Source: Bdellovibrionales bacterium
GTDB lineage: Bacteria > Bdellovibrionota > Bdellovibrionia > Bdellovibrionales > DASUEL01
Length of the DNA: 22,604 nt
NCBI GenBank assembly: GCA_050250255.1
Contig: JBFWOZ010000046.1
Coordinates: 1-22,604, forward strand
Direction of reading: 5' to 3'
The notes below the pieces were generated by a model. That model did not search any database. It saw nothing but the letters and a program-made list of their open reading frames with translations, and was not told where the DNA came from. Below are positions 8,584 through 16,529 of the stretch, in pieces (position 1 is the first letter of the stretch; every line of letters begins with the position of its first letter). The translations under genes and the position numbers were made by a program.

Positions 8584-8598
8584 GTCTCATTTTGAGAC
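8584..8598. promoter_or_regulatory. Perfect palindrome GTCTCA-N3-TGAGAC; candidate activator (bEBP) binding site
   Basis: 6-3-6 inverted repeat in a divergent intergenic region, about 145 nt upstream of the sigma54 motif. Confidence 0.5.
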
Positions 8599-8740
8599 TA
8601 TTGAGGGGATATTGTCTTTTGCCACGCCTCGTAGCGTCCAGCTTAATGCTCACTTTGTGAACATTTGCGAGACGTGAAATGGCACTCACAAGAATACTTC
8701 CGCCAAACCCTCTTTAAAGCCCAGTAGGTGGCGGATTTCG

Positions 8741-8755
8741 TGGCATTTTCTTTGC
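8741..8755 (+). promoter_or_regulatory. sigma54 (-24/-12) promoter TGGCATTTTCTTTGC
   Basis: GG at 8742-8743, exactly 10 nt, GC at 8754-8755, matching TGGCA-N6-TTGC. Lies about 30 nt upstream of the ATG, with SD GAGG in between. Confidence 0.7.
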
Positions 8756-8783
8756 CCTAGTCACAGGTTGAAGAGGTTTGTTT

Positions 8784-9485
8784 ATGAAAAAACAAAATGT
8801 AATTCTCGTCGCATTATTGGCCTTAACGCTTTTCAATAGCGCCTGCTCTGAGCCTAAGAAATCGAAGGCTTCGGCCACAGTTCGTGGCGGTGCAAGAGCC
8901 GACGGCGTGCCTGTGGATCCAGGCACAGGCCAAGTCGGTGGGTTCGGCACTGATCGTAAATGGGGAGCCATTACAAGAGGGAATAACACTCAATCCCAAT
9001 TTGATGTCGCTGTGAAAAAATTTGGCTCAGCTTCAGTTGCCGAAGGAGATATTGGTCTCACTTGCGGAGATACTTCTTGTCCTGACGGTACGGGTGTTCG
9101 TTTTGTCGGAGATGTTCGCTTAGCGAACAACGCGTCTGTGAACTCCATCAGCGGTCAAGTTGCTCCTGATTCCGCGAACTCAAAAATCCGTGTTGGAATT
9201 TGGGATACTTTAGCGGTGAGTGGACAAGTTCCTGGCGAAGTGGTGGTTTATTTTCCGGGTCGTGTGACTGGACAGGTCACACAAGCTGGCGCGAACCTCA
9301 TATTTGCAGATGATTACGGAACCCTCACTCTCAACGGAACTTTTGTAGGCCAAACTTACCAAGGAACCGTAAGTTTCCAGAACAGCTGTTCTGTGAATAC
9401 TGCAGGCGAATGTGTAGGGCCTGGTTCTAGCGGCACTCTCGGCATCTTTAACGTCGATAAATGTGGATTCTTCCACTGCCAATAA
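8784..9485 (+). CDS. Gly/Cys-rich lipoprotein, hypothetical
   Basis: MKKQNVILVALLALTLFNSAC lipoprotein signal. Six mature Cys in three close pairs (CGDTSC, CSVNTAGEC, CGFFHC). Confidence 0.8.
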   Translation: MKKQNVILVALLALTLFNSACSEPKKSKASATVRGGARADGVPVDPGTGQVGGFGTDRKWGAITRGNNTQSQFDVAVKKFGSASVAEGDIGLTCGDTSCPDGTGVRFVGDVRLANNASVNSISGQVAPDSANSKIRVGIWDTLAVSGQVPGEVVVYFPGRVTGQVTQAGANLIFADDYGTLTLNGTFVGQTYQGTVSFQNSCSVNTAGECVGPGSSGTLGIFNVDKCGFFHCQ

Positions 9486-9518
9486 AACTTGAGTTATGAC
9501 GCACCTTCCAGCGTGCAC

Positions 9519-9547
9519 TTGTCTAATAAAGCTCATGGTCCTACTGT
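9519..9547 (+). promoter_or_regulatory. sigma70-like promoter (TTGTCT-17-TACTGT), overlapped by a long inverted repeat; likely leaderless
   Basis: TTGTCT 9519-9524, TACTGT 9542-9547, 5 nt, ATG at 9553. Confidence 0.5.
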
Positions 9548-9552
9548 AGGCC

Positions 9553-10650
9553 ATGGCTTTTGACCTTCAGTTCGCTTCACAAGTTCTTGATTCTGTCGTC
9601 GGTGGAAGATCCAGCGTGGATATCGCACGTCTTGACGTCAAGGACCTGGAGCAAGCCTACGAATTTTCAAAAACTTACGGATATGATTTAAATAAACCCA
9701 CGGATCTGGATTCTGTTTGGGAGCTTCATAAAAATTCAATCTCCCTTTTACGAGATCGGCTCCTTGATCCCGGCGAAGCGATCCCGGATATTTTAGCGGA
9801 CTCCACCAAACTCAAAGATCCTGCTTACCTTCTCATTTTTGCGAGTACTCCTGAACACAAAAACAACGACATGCAACTCTGGTCCTGCGCCATTTTGCGA
9901 GTGATGCACGTGTTAGCTCATATTGGCGATGATCTGCATTTGATTTTCTCTGACAAAATCATGCAGACGGTGTTTGGCCCTTTTCAGGCTCATATTCATA
10001 ACGATCCGGTTTCGGGTATCACCTTAGGTTTAAAAAATGACGTCGAGCAGATAAAGCTTGTGCGTTTTGATTTGAAAACTACCAAGAGTGTTGCAAGTTC
10101 GGCGATCAAACTGCTCACGAAAAAAGAAGCCACGGCCTCTTCGATCTATGACAAGATCGGGGTGAGATTTGTGACCAAATCCATCTTTGATGCCTTTCGT
10201 GTCGTACGTTTTCTCGTCGACGAACACATTATTAGTTTTCCGAACATCATGCCCGATCAAGCTCGTAACACCCTCTTTCCGGCCAATTTGTTTTTAGAAT
10301 CCATGAAGGAATTAAAAGAGCAAAAAATGTTTGCGACCGGAGAAGAGATCGAAGCTTGGCTCAATAAAAAACTTTCTGATTCCGTAGAGCGGGCGGAATA
10401 CAAAGAACGTCAAAATGATTTTTCAGGACAAAACTTTCGCGCCATTAAATTTATCGCACGCCAAATGGTCGAAGTAGAAGCCGGCGGCAAGCAGTTTCGA
10501 TTTTTTTGTCCCTACGAAGTGCAAGTGATGGATTACGAAACTTACCTCAAAAATATTTCTGGTCCCGAAGCTCATGAGCTTTACAAGCGTCGCCAGAGGC
10601 AAGCGGCTCGTCGGCGGGTTTTAGGTCACCTTTTTCCTGAGTTGGCCTGA
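9553..10650 (+). CDS. TIGR04552/TIGR04562-like protein with RelA/SpoT synthetase-like nucleotidyltransferase motifs
   Basis: KSVASSAIKLL, IYDKIGVRFV, NDFSGQNFRAIKFI and YEVQVMD follow the order of the RSH Syn1-Syn4 motifs. The length and N-terminus (GGRSSVD..L....EQA.EF...YGYD) match my recollection of TIGR04552. Confidence 0.75.
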   Translation: MAFDLQFASQVLDSVVGGRSSVDIARLDVKDLEQAYEFSKTYGYDLNKPTDLDSVWELHKNSISLLRDRLLDPGEAIPDILADSTKLKDPAYLLIFASTPEHKNNDMQLWSCAILRVMHVLAHIGDDLHLIFSDKIMQTVFGPFQAHIHNDPVSGITLGLKNDVEQIKLVRFDLKTTKSVASSAIKLLTKKEATASSIYDKIGVRFVTKSIFDAFRVVRFLVDEHIISFPNIMPDQARNTLFPANLFLESMKELKEQKMFATGEEIEAWLNKKLSDSVERAEYKERQNDFSGQNFRAIKFIARQMVEVEAGGKQFRFFCPYEVQVMDYETYLKNISGPEAHELYKRRQRQAARRRVLGHLFPELA

Positions 10651-11258
10651 TGTCGGAACTTTTTATTTTGACCGCGTTTGGTGCGGAATATCAGGCTCTT
10701 TGGCAGCATCTTGAAAAACCAACAGAAGTACATTCTAAAAAGGATCATGGTTTTGCTTCGGTACGCGGAACGATTCAATCTCGCTCAATCCATTTGTCAG
10801 TGACGGGAATGGGACCTGCGAGTTGCACAAGGGCTTTGGAAACTTTAAAAATTCCCGAAGGGTCCCGTATTTTTTTAATAGGATTTTGTGGATCTCTTGT
10901 TTCGAATTTGAAAGTGGGGGATTTGTTCCGTCCTGAAAAAGTGGTCGATGTGACGTCGGGAAAAGAGTTTTCTCTCTCTGAGGGCCAAGGGATTATGGCG
11001 TCCGTTGAAAATCCTGTTCTATCTTTCGAAGAGAAAACAAAGCTCGCTTCAAAGTTTCAGGCCCAAGCCGTGGATATGGAAGCCGCAGCACTTTTAAAAT
11101 GGGCTCATGCAAATAAATCTCCTGTCGAAATCATCAAGTTTGTCATGGATGATCTCTCCACCCAAGATTACTCACGTAACGGTTTGAAAGAAGGCCTGAA
11201 AAAAGCCTCTCTTGTATTAAGCGAATATCTCGAAAAGTGGAGGCTGGATCTGTCGTAG
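10650..11258 (+). CDS. Nucleoside phosphorylase / MTA-SAH nucleosidase superfamily (PNP_UDP_1) protein
   Basis: LTAFGAE, VTGMG, LIGFCGSL...LKVGD, AVDMEAAAL, KFVMDD. TGATG overlap with the upstream gene. Confidence 0.85.
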   Translation: MSELFILTAFGAEYQALWQHLEKPTEVHSKKDHGFASVRGTIQSRSIHLSVTGMGPASCTRALETLKIPEGSRIFLIGFCGSLVSNLKVGDLFRPEKVVDVTSGKEFSLSEGQGIMASVENPVLSFEEKTKLASKFQAQAVDMEAAALLKWAHANKSPVEIIKFVMDDLSTQDYSRNGLKEGLKKASLVLSEYLEKWRLDLS

Positions 11259-11321
11259 TGAGATAAGTCATACATGTCTGTGTTCGTTACCGCTCACCTG
11301 TATCCTTGAAACCCAGTATTG

Positions 11322-12125
11322 TTAATGTGAATGCTCTAGTCGATGATGACCCTTACATAAAGTGATGAGGTTCTCAAAAGTATCTTGCCCACCTTTACTT
11401 CTAGGAACAATGTGATGGGTATCGATCCATTTTCTTTCTGTACAACGTTCACCTTGATGGTTCTGATAAGTGCACTGTCCTTTGTCGCGGAGCTGAACCT
11501 GTCTTAAGACAGGCTGGCGGGCTCTATGCATCAATTTTTCTGCTTTTTGTATGGGATCTTTCTTCTCAAGATAAACATCAAGCATGGCTTCCAAGGTTTC
11601 CTCAAGACTCACATGCTTTTGTTGTCTCTGAGATTCGAGTTCTTGAGCACGTTTTAATTTTTGATGTAATTTTTCCGAAATCCCCATTTGTAAATTAAGT
11701 CTTTCTTCACTCACGAACTTCAATCGTTCAGGTACAGCTTCTTTCGGTACAACTTTGGCTACTTGCTGTTCGAGCTTTTTCTGTGGAAGTTCGATAGCTA
11801 ACTTGAGCCATTCTTCTTGATTAGATTGAGTAAGAACCGGGGTGATCTTTCTCGCTTTAGAAATCGTGAGCTTTCCTGATTGAATAGCTTGTTTTAAGGC
11901 GGGCACTTCCTTCGATTTCCTTGCAACAGTGATGAGGTTATATGCCGTGCTATCGCTCAATTTTAGAGCTGTTGTTGCATAATCGTAAAGACTTTTGCAA
12001 TGAAACTTTAAATATACTCGATGCTCATCAACTTGCTGAAGAATATCGAGCAAATCGCCTTCGGTTTTCCGAAACCTGCTAGCGACCTCAAGAGCTTTTT
12101 CGTGAATCTGCAGGTGTTTAGTCAT
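11322..12125 (-). CDS. HNH endonuclease with a DUF222-like helical N-terminal region
   Basis: RDKGQC...C..KWIDTHHIVPRSKGGQDTFENLITLCKGHH (HNH with Zn ligands). SD AAGGAG. Confidence 0.9.
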   Translation of the reverse strand: MTKHLQIHEKALEVASRFRKTEGDLLDILQQVDEHRVYLKFHCKSLYDYATTALKLSDSTAYNLITVARKSKEVPALKQAIQSGKLTISKARKITPVLTQSNQEEWLKLAIELPQKKLEQQVAKVVPKEAVPERLKFVSEERLNLQMGISEKLHQKLKRAQELESQRQQKHVSLEETLEAMLDVYLEKKDPIQKAEKLMHRARQPVLRQVQLRDKGQCTYQNHQGERCTERKWIDTHHIVPRSKGGQDTFENLITLCKGHHRLEHSH

Positions 12126-12448
12126 GGCTTTTCTCCTTTACGCAAAAAGTTGAATAGACCATAACACATGATTTTTAAATTGATGATTATATGAAATTGA
12201 AACTTAGAAATGCGGCCTTGGAAAACACATTCAATCGCTTGTAAATCCACAACAGCAAATGCATTTTGAAATTTTATGAAAACACAGCAAATTTATAAAA
12301 CGATCGAATATGCGGAGTTTAAATGGCTTCAAAATAGGTCAAATGATTTCTTTGAGATTGCACAATAAGTCAGCCTGTTTCGTATCAAACAATGACCAAT
12401 AGTATTACTTTAGTGGACATAATTAGAATTTTCAGAAAGACTTAGGGC

Positions 12449-12928
12449 ATGACAAAAATCTATTTACTGCTTTTAGTTTTTCTTAGTGCCTGCTCTTCCT
12501 CTTCAACACCTGCAGAACAAAGTCCTCCTGTGCAGCCGTATTCAGTAGAAGAGTCTTTACCAGATAGCAATTGGTCCGGTGATGGTGCTGGCAAATATTC
12601 AGACGGAACCGAAAAGACTTTCAAAATTTCGATTAGCATTAAAAATAACGTAGTTACAACTGGAACTAGATCGTCTGATGGCTATAACTCAACTGCGTTG
12701 GACACCTATCAGTACACTGCAAAAGGTAAATCTAGTTGGTTAGACCCAAATAGTAATAAGATCGGCGAATGCAGCTGCTATAGCCAGTCGTGTGTGTGTT
12801 CGGCAACAACAGGACAGCTAACGATGGCTAGACACTACCAGTTTTCTAAAATTGGTTTGTCAATTCATGAAGAAGGAACTTTAGGGCCGTTATCCTTTGA
12901 GCAGAACTTCCAATTAAAGCGACAGTAA
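12449..12928 (+). CDS. Small lipoprotein, hypothetical
   Basis: MTKIYLLLLVFLSAC lipobox, Ser/Pro linker and a CSCYSQSCVC cluster. Confidence 0.8.
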   Translation: MTKIYLLLLVFLSACSSSSTPAEQSPPVQPYSVEESLPDSNWSGDGAGKYSDGTEKTFKISISIKNNVVTTGTRSSDGYNSTALDTYQYTAKGKSSWLDPNSNKIGECSCYSQSCVCSATTGQLTMARHYQFSKIGLSIHEEGTLGPLSFEQNFQLKRQ

Positions 12929-13018
12929 ATCACTCCCTTTACAGGCACCTATTAGGCTCAATCACAAATCTCTTGAAACCATATCGTTGAAATGTGCGTG
13001 AGCACTTCATCTCCGTGA

Positions 13019-13047
13019 TTGAATTCCTGCTATCAAGCACATAGGAT
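13019..13047 (+). promoter_or_regulatory. sigma70-like promoter (TTGAAT-17-TAGGAT) for plsC; likely leaderless
   Basis: TTGAAT 13019-13024, TAGGAT 13042-13047, 7 nt, ATG at 13055. Confidence 0.55.
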
Positions 13048-13054
13048 GAGTTCC

Positions 13055-13801
13055 ATGAAGCTACTTTTGATCCTCCGCGGACTTTTTCTCCCGCTCTTTC
13101 TCATCGTTCTCACCGGATTTTGCTGCATAATTGCTCTTTCCATTGTGTGGTTTACCGGAAATCGCGTTTGGGAATTTGCCATTTTACGTTTTTGGTCACG
13201 CACGATTCTTCAAGTGGTGGGGATAGAACTTGAAGTGACGGGCCTAGAGAACATTCCTGACCGTTCATGTATCTTTGTTTTTAATCACCAAAGTCTTCTC
13301 GATATTCCGGTGGTCCATACGGCGATCCCTCGAGATTTTCGTTTTGGAGCAAAGATTGAACTTTTTCGAATTCCTGTCTTTGGTGCTACGATGCGATCTA
13401 TGCGTGTTTTACCAATTGCTCGCGGGCAACGTGATGAGGCCATCAAGGTTCTTGAACAGGCGGCGAGTCGCATCAATAATGGCGAGAGCTTTATTTTAGC
13501 CCCCGAAGGGACACGTCAGAAAGTCCCTAGAATTGGTGATTTTAAATCAGGCCCGTTTATGGTGGCCATGAAAGCCAAAGCCCCGATGGTCCCTATCGTG
13601 ATCAACGGGCTTGATGAAGTCATGCCGAAGAAGGCGTGGCTTATTCACACCAACATGTGGAAGTCGAGAGTGCGGGTGCAGATTCTTCCCGCAATTGACG
13701 GCGCAGAGTTTAATCTTGATGCCCGAAATGCCTTTAAGGACAGGGTGCGTCTCGCTATGCATGAAGCCTTCGAATTAGGTCGTCGTAACAAGTCGTTGTA
13801 A
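13055..13801 (+). CDS. plsC: 1-acyl-sn-glycerol-3-phosphate acyltransferase
   Basis: NHQSLLD (NHxxxxD), AKIELF.IP.FG, PEGTR, FKSGPF and an N-terminal TM segment. Confidence 0.9.
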   Translation: MKLLLILRGLFLPLFLIVLTGFCCIIALSIVWFTGNRVWEFAILRFWSRTILQVVGIELEVTGLENIPDRSCIFVFNHQSLLDIPVVHTAIPRDFRFGAKIELFRIPVFGATMRSMRVLPIARGQRDEAIKVLEQAASRINNGESFILAPEGTRQKVPRIGDFKSGPFMVAMKAKAPMVPIVINGLDEVMPKKAWLIHTNMWKSRVRVQILPAIDGAEFNLDARNAFKDRVRLAMHEAFELGRRNKSL

Positions 13802-13817
13802 GGGTTAGTAATAAGCG

Positions 13818-13847
13818 TTGACGCTCTTCTTCATGCCCGTTTATTGT
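13818..13847 (+). promoter_or_regulatory. sigma70-like promoter (TTGACG-18-TATTGT) for porin-hbd-crt-icmF; likely leaderless
   Basis: TTGACG 13818-13823, TATTGT 13842-13847, 7 nt, ATG at 13855. Confidence 0.55.
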
Positions 13848-13854
13848 GGGCAAA

Positions 13855-14853
13855 ATGATATTTTTCAGTGTCCTCACATCTCTTTTATTATGCAGTTTTT
13901 CGGTTGAGGCGGCTCCGCGAACAGACCGTCTTGGCGAAATCAAACTCACAGATTTTATGTTGGAACCAACCTGGTCCTCCGACTCCTATACGGCGTCTCG
14001 GGGTTTCTCCGAAGGACGATCCTACATAGGAGCGATGTGGTCTGCGGATCGCATGATCTCGGTGAAAGTATCAATGGGTTCGCGGCGATTACTGATCGTA
14101 CCCGCTCGCCTTGGTAACGACGATACCACCTTTGGTTTAGTAGAAGCTTATGCGCAGGCTGATACTAATTACGGTCTTGTTCGTGCGGGACTTATTCCGA
14201 TTTTTTTCGGTCATGAGGCCGGTGAATATGAATACGAAAATCTTTTTCCAAATAGTCTTCTGTTTCAGAATCGTTTGCTCCTAAGACGTGATCAAGGTGC
14301 GAGCTATGCAATGTCTTACAACGACTTCAATACTTTTTTTGCCGTTCACAACGGTGAAGCGGGTGTGGACGTTGATGATCGTTACTGGGTGACGGGTCGC
14401 TGGTCTTACTCAGGCCCTGCGAAAAGCGAAATGGGAGTTTCGGGAACCACGGGCCGAAGTGTCGATCGCTTCACCTTGGTGGAAGAAAAAATCCGTGCGG
14501 GGAACGTCTTTTTTGGATTCAATATTTACGGATTAGGACTGGCTGCTGAAGGTACGATGGCATCTCACTTTGTTCGCAATCATTTTACGAAGCAGACACT
14601 CGCTTGGCATGTGGATGGCTCTTTGCCGATTTGGCCTGCCGTTGATTTCCAAGTTCGTTATGACTTTTTGGATCCCGATCACAGCGTACGTACCGACACC
14701 AAAAAAGATCTTACGATGGGCTTTAACTGGCACAATCGCTACAAAACTTCGACCTTATTTTTTCTTGGCTCTACTCAGTGGATTGAGGGCGAAGCTCAAA
14801 ATCACAATTACGGTCAAGTCATTTGGCGTTTAACTCCGTGGAGCGCGGACTAA
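13855..14853 (+). CDS. Putative outer-membrane beta-barrel/porin (OprO/P-like features)
   Basis: Signal peptide ending VEA. EAYAQ, RAGLIPIFFG, RDQG, NGE.G, RYDFLDP and TMGFNW with alternating aromatic/Gly strands. Confidence 0.65.
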   Translation: MIFFSVLTSLLLCSFSVEAAPRTDRLGEIKLTDFMLEPTWSSDSYTASRGFSEGRSYIGAMWSADRMISVKVSMGSRRLLIVPARLGNDDTTFGLVEAYAQADTNYGLVRAGLIPIFFGHEAGEYEYENLFPNSLLFQNRLLLRRDQGASYAMSYNDFNTFFAVHNGEAGVDVDDRYWVTGRWSYSGPAKSEMGVSGTTGRSVDRFTLVEEKIRAGNVFFGFNIYGLGLAAEGTMASHFVRNHFTKQTLAWHVDGSLPIWPAVDFQVRYDFLDPDHSVRTDTKKDLTMGFNWHNRYKTSTLFFLGSTQWIEGEAQNHNYGQVIWRLTPWSAD

Positions 14854-14875
14854 ACTTTCTTAAAGGATAAATTCT

Positions 14876-15724
14876 ATGCAGATCAAAACAATTGGCATTG
14901 TTGGTGCTGGGCAAATGGGAAATGGAATTGCTCAGGTGGCGGCTTCTTCAGGGTATCAAGTCATCGTGAGCGATGTGGCGCAAGCTTCACTTGATAAAGG
15001 AAAACAAATCATCTCGTCTTCTTGTGATCGTTTGATCAAAAAGGGAACTCTTACTGAAGAACAAAAATCGAACGTTCTCAGAGCGATCCAATGGAGCACC
15101 GATTTAGGCGCTCTGAAGGACGCCGATTTTATCGTTGAAGCGGCAACTGAAAACATTGAATTGAAATTAAATATTTTTAGAAAACTTGATGAAATTGCGA
15201 AGCCTGGAGTTTTGCTCACTTCCAACACATCTTCGATTTCTATTACGAAAATTGCCGCGTCCACCAAGCGTCCCCATCTTGTGGCTGGAATGCACTTTAT
15301 GAACCCCGTGCCTTTGATGAAACTTGTCGAAGGAATCCGTGGATTACAAACAAGCGATGAAACTTTTCAGACGGTTCGCGCCGTGAGCGAGAAGATGGGC
15401 AAAGTGTTTGTAGAAGCCAAAGACATGCCGGGATTTGTGGTGAATCGCATTTTGATGCCGATGATTAACGAAGCCGTATTCACTCTCCAAGAGGGACTCG
15501 CGAGCGTGAAAGACATTGATGAAGCGATGAAGCTTGGAACGAATCAACCTATGGGCCCTCTGACATTGGCGGATTTTATTGGTCTCGACACTTGTCTCGC
15601 AATTATGAATGTTCTCTACGACGGTATTGGGGACTCTAAATATCGCCCGTGTCCGCTGCTTGTAAAATATGTAGAAGCAGGTTGGCTTGGTAAAAAAACG
15701 GGCCGAGGTTTTTACATTTACTAA
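14876..15724 (+). CDS. hbd: 3-hydroxybutyryl-CoA dehydrogenase
   Basis: GAGQMGNGIAQ Rossmann motif, VEAATEN, SNTSSISIT, GMHFMNPVP, PGFVVNRIL, PMGPL.LAD.IGLD, LGKKTGRGFY. Confidence 0.95.
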   Translation: MQIKTIGIVGAGQMGNGIAQVAASSGYQVIVSDVAQASLDKGKQIISSSCDRLIKKGTLTEEQKSNVLRAIQWSTDLGALKDADFIVEAATENIELKLNIFRKLDEIAKPGVLLTSNTSSISITKIAASTKRPHLVAGMHFMNPVPLMKLVEGIRGLQTSDETFQTVRAVSEKMGKVFVEAKDMPGFVVNRILMPMINEAVFTLQEGLASVKDIDEAMKLGTNQPMGPLTLADFIGLDTCLAIMNVLYDGIGDSKYRPCPLLVKYVEAGWLGKKTGRGFYIY

Positions 15725-15734
15725 TGAGGTTTTA

Positions 15735-16526
15735 ATGGAAACTCTGCTGTTTGAGAAAAAAGAAAGTATCGGCGACGCAAAAGTTGGAATAGTGACTTTT
15801 CACCGCCCGCAGGCGTTGAACGCGCTTAATAGCCAAGTCATGAAAGAGTTTTTAGGTCTGCTTTCGGATCTGAAAAAAGATTCTTCTCTTCGTTGTGTCA
15901 TCCTCACTGGTCATGGCGAAAAATCTTTTATCGCCGGCGCCGACATTAAAGAGATGTCAAATTTTGGTCCAAGCGAAGCGAAGGCGTTTTCGCAAACTGG
16001 TCACCAAATTTTAAAAGAGATTGAAGCTTGTCCCTTTCCTTTTATCGCAGCTGTAAATGGTTTTGCTCTTGGTGGCGGTTGTGAAATGGCGATGGCTTGT
16101 GATTTTATTTTATCCTCTGACAACGCCTCTTTCGGGTTACCGGAAGTGGGGTTAGGTTTACTACCAGGTTTTGGAGGGACTCAGCGCCTTTCCCAATTTG
16201 TGGGAGTGGCTCGCGCGAGTGAAATGATCTTTACCGGAAAAAAATATTCAGCACTGGAGGCTCAACAGTTTGGACTCGTTAACCAAGTCGTACCGGCTGC
16301 GGAATTATTATCAACTGCTTTGAAACTTGCTTCTGACATCGCAAAAAAAGGTCCCGTAGCGGTTCGCTCGGTGAGACAACTTTTGCGTACGACAGGCCAT
16401 CTCTCTTTGAGCGAGGGTTTGAAAATGGAGCAAGAGTCTTTCGGAAATCTCTTTAAAACTGCTGATCAAAAAGAAGGAGCTGCGGCTTTCGTTGAAAAGC
16501 GAGCGCCTCAGTTTCGTGGAGAATAA
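15735..16526 (+). CDS. crt: Enoyl-CoA hydratase (crotonase)
   Basis: RPQALNAL, FIAGADI, AAVNGFALGGGCE, FGLPEV.LGL.PGFGGTQRL. SD GAGG before ATG at 15735. Confidence 0.92.
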   Translation: METLLFEKKESIGDAKVGIVTFHRPQALNALNSQVMKEFLGLLSDLKKDSSLRCVILTGHGEKSFIAGADIKEMSNFGPSEAKAFSQTGHQILKEIEACPFPFIAAVNGFALGGGCEMAMACDFILSSDNASFGLPEVGLGLLPGFGGTQRLSQFVGVARASEMIFTGKKYSALEAQQFGLVNQVVPAAELLSTALKLASDIAKKGPVAVRSVRQLLRTTGHLSLSEGLKMEQESFGNLFKTADQKEGAAAFVEKRAPQFRGE

Positions 16527-16529
16527 CAT

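Noticed and set aside
8453..8689. 78-aa minus-strand ORF across the divergent intergenic region
   Set aside because: It overlaps the 8520 gene out of frame, has no SD, and spans regulatory palindromes.
10650..11258. Specific call as mtnN or hpnG
   Set aside because: Superfamily motifs are clear, but the protein is short and divergent and there are no hopanoid genes nearby, so the substrate cannot be assigned.
12126..12448. CRISPR array or IscB/omegaRNA-type system at the HNH locus
   Set aside because: No regularly spaced 25-40-bp repeats. The protein lacks PLMP and RuvC motifs, and there are no cas genes.
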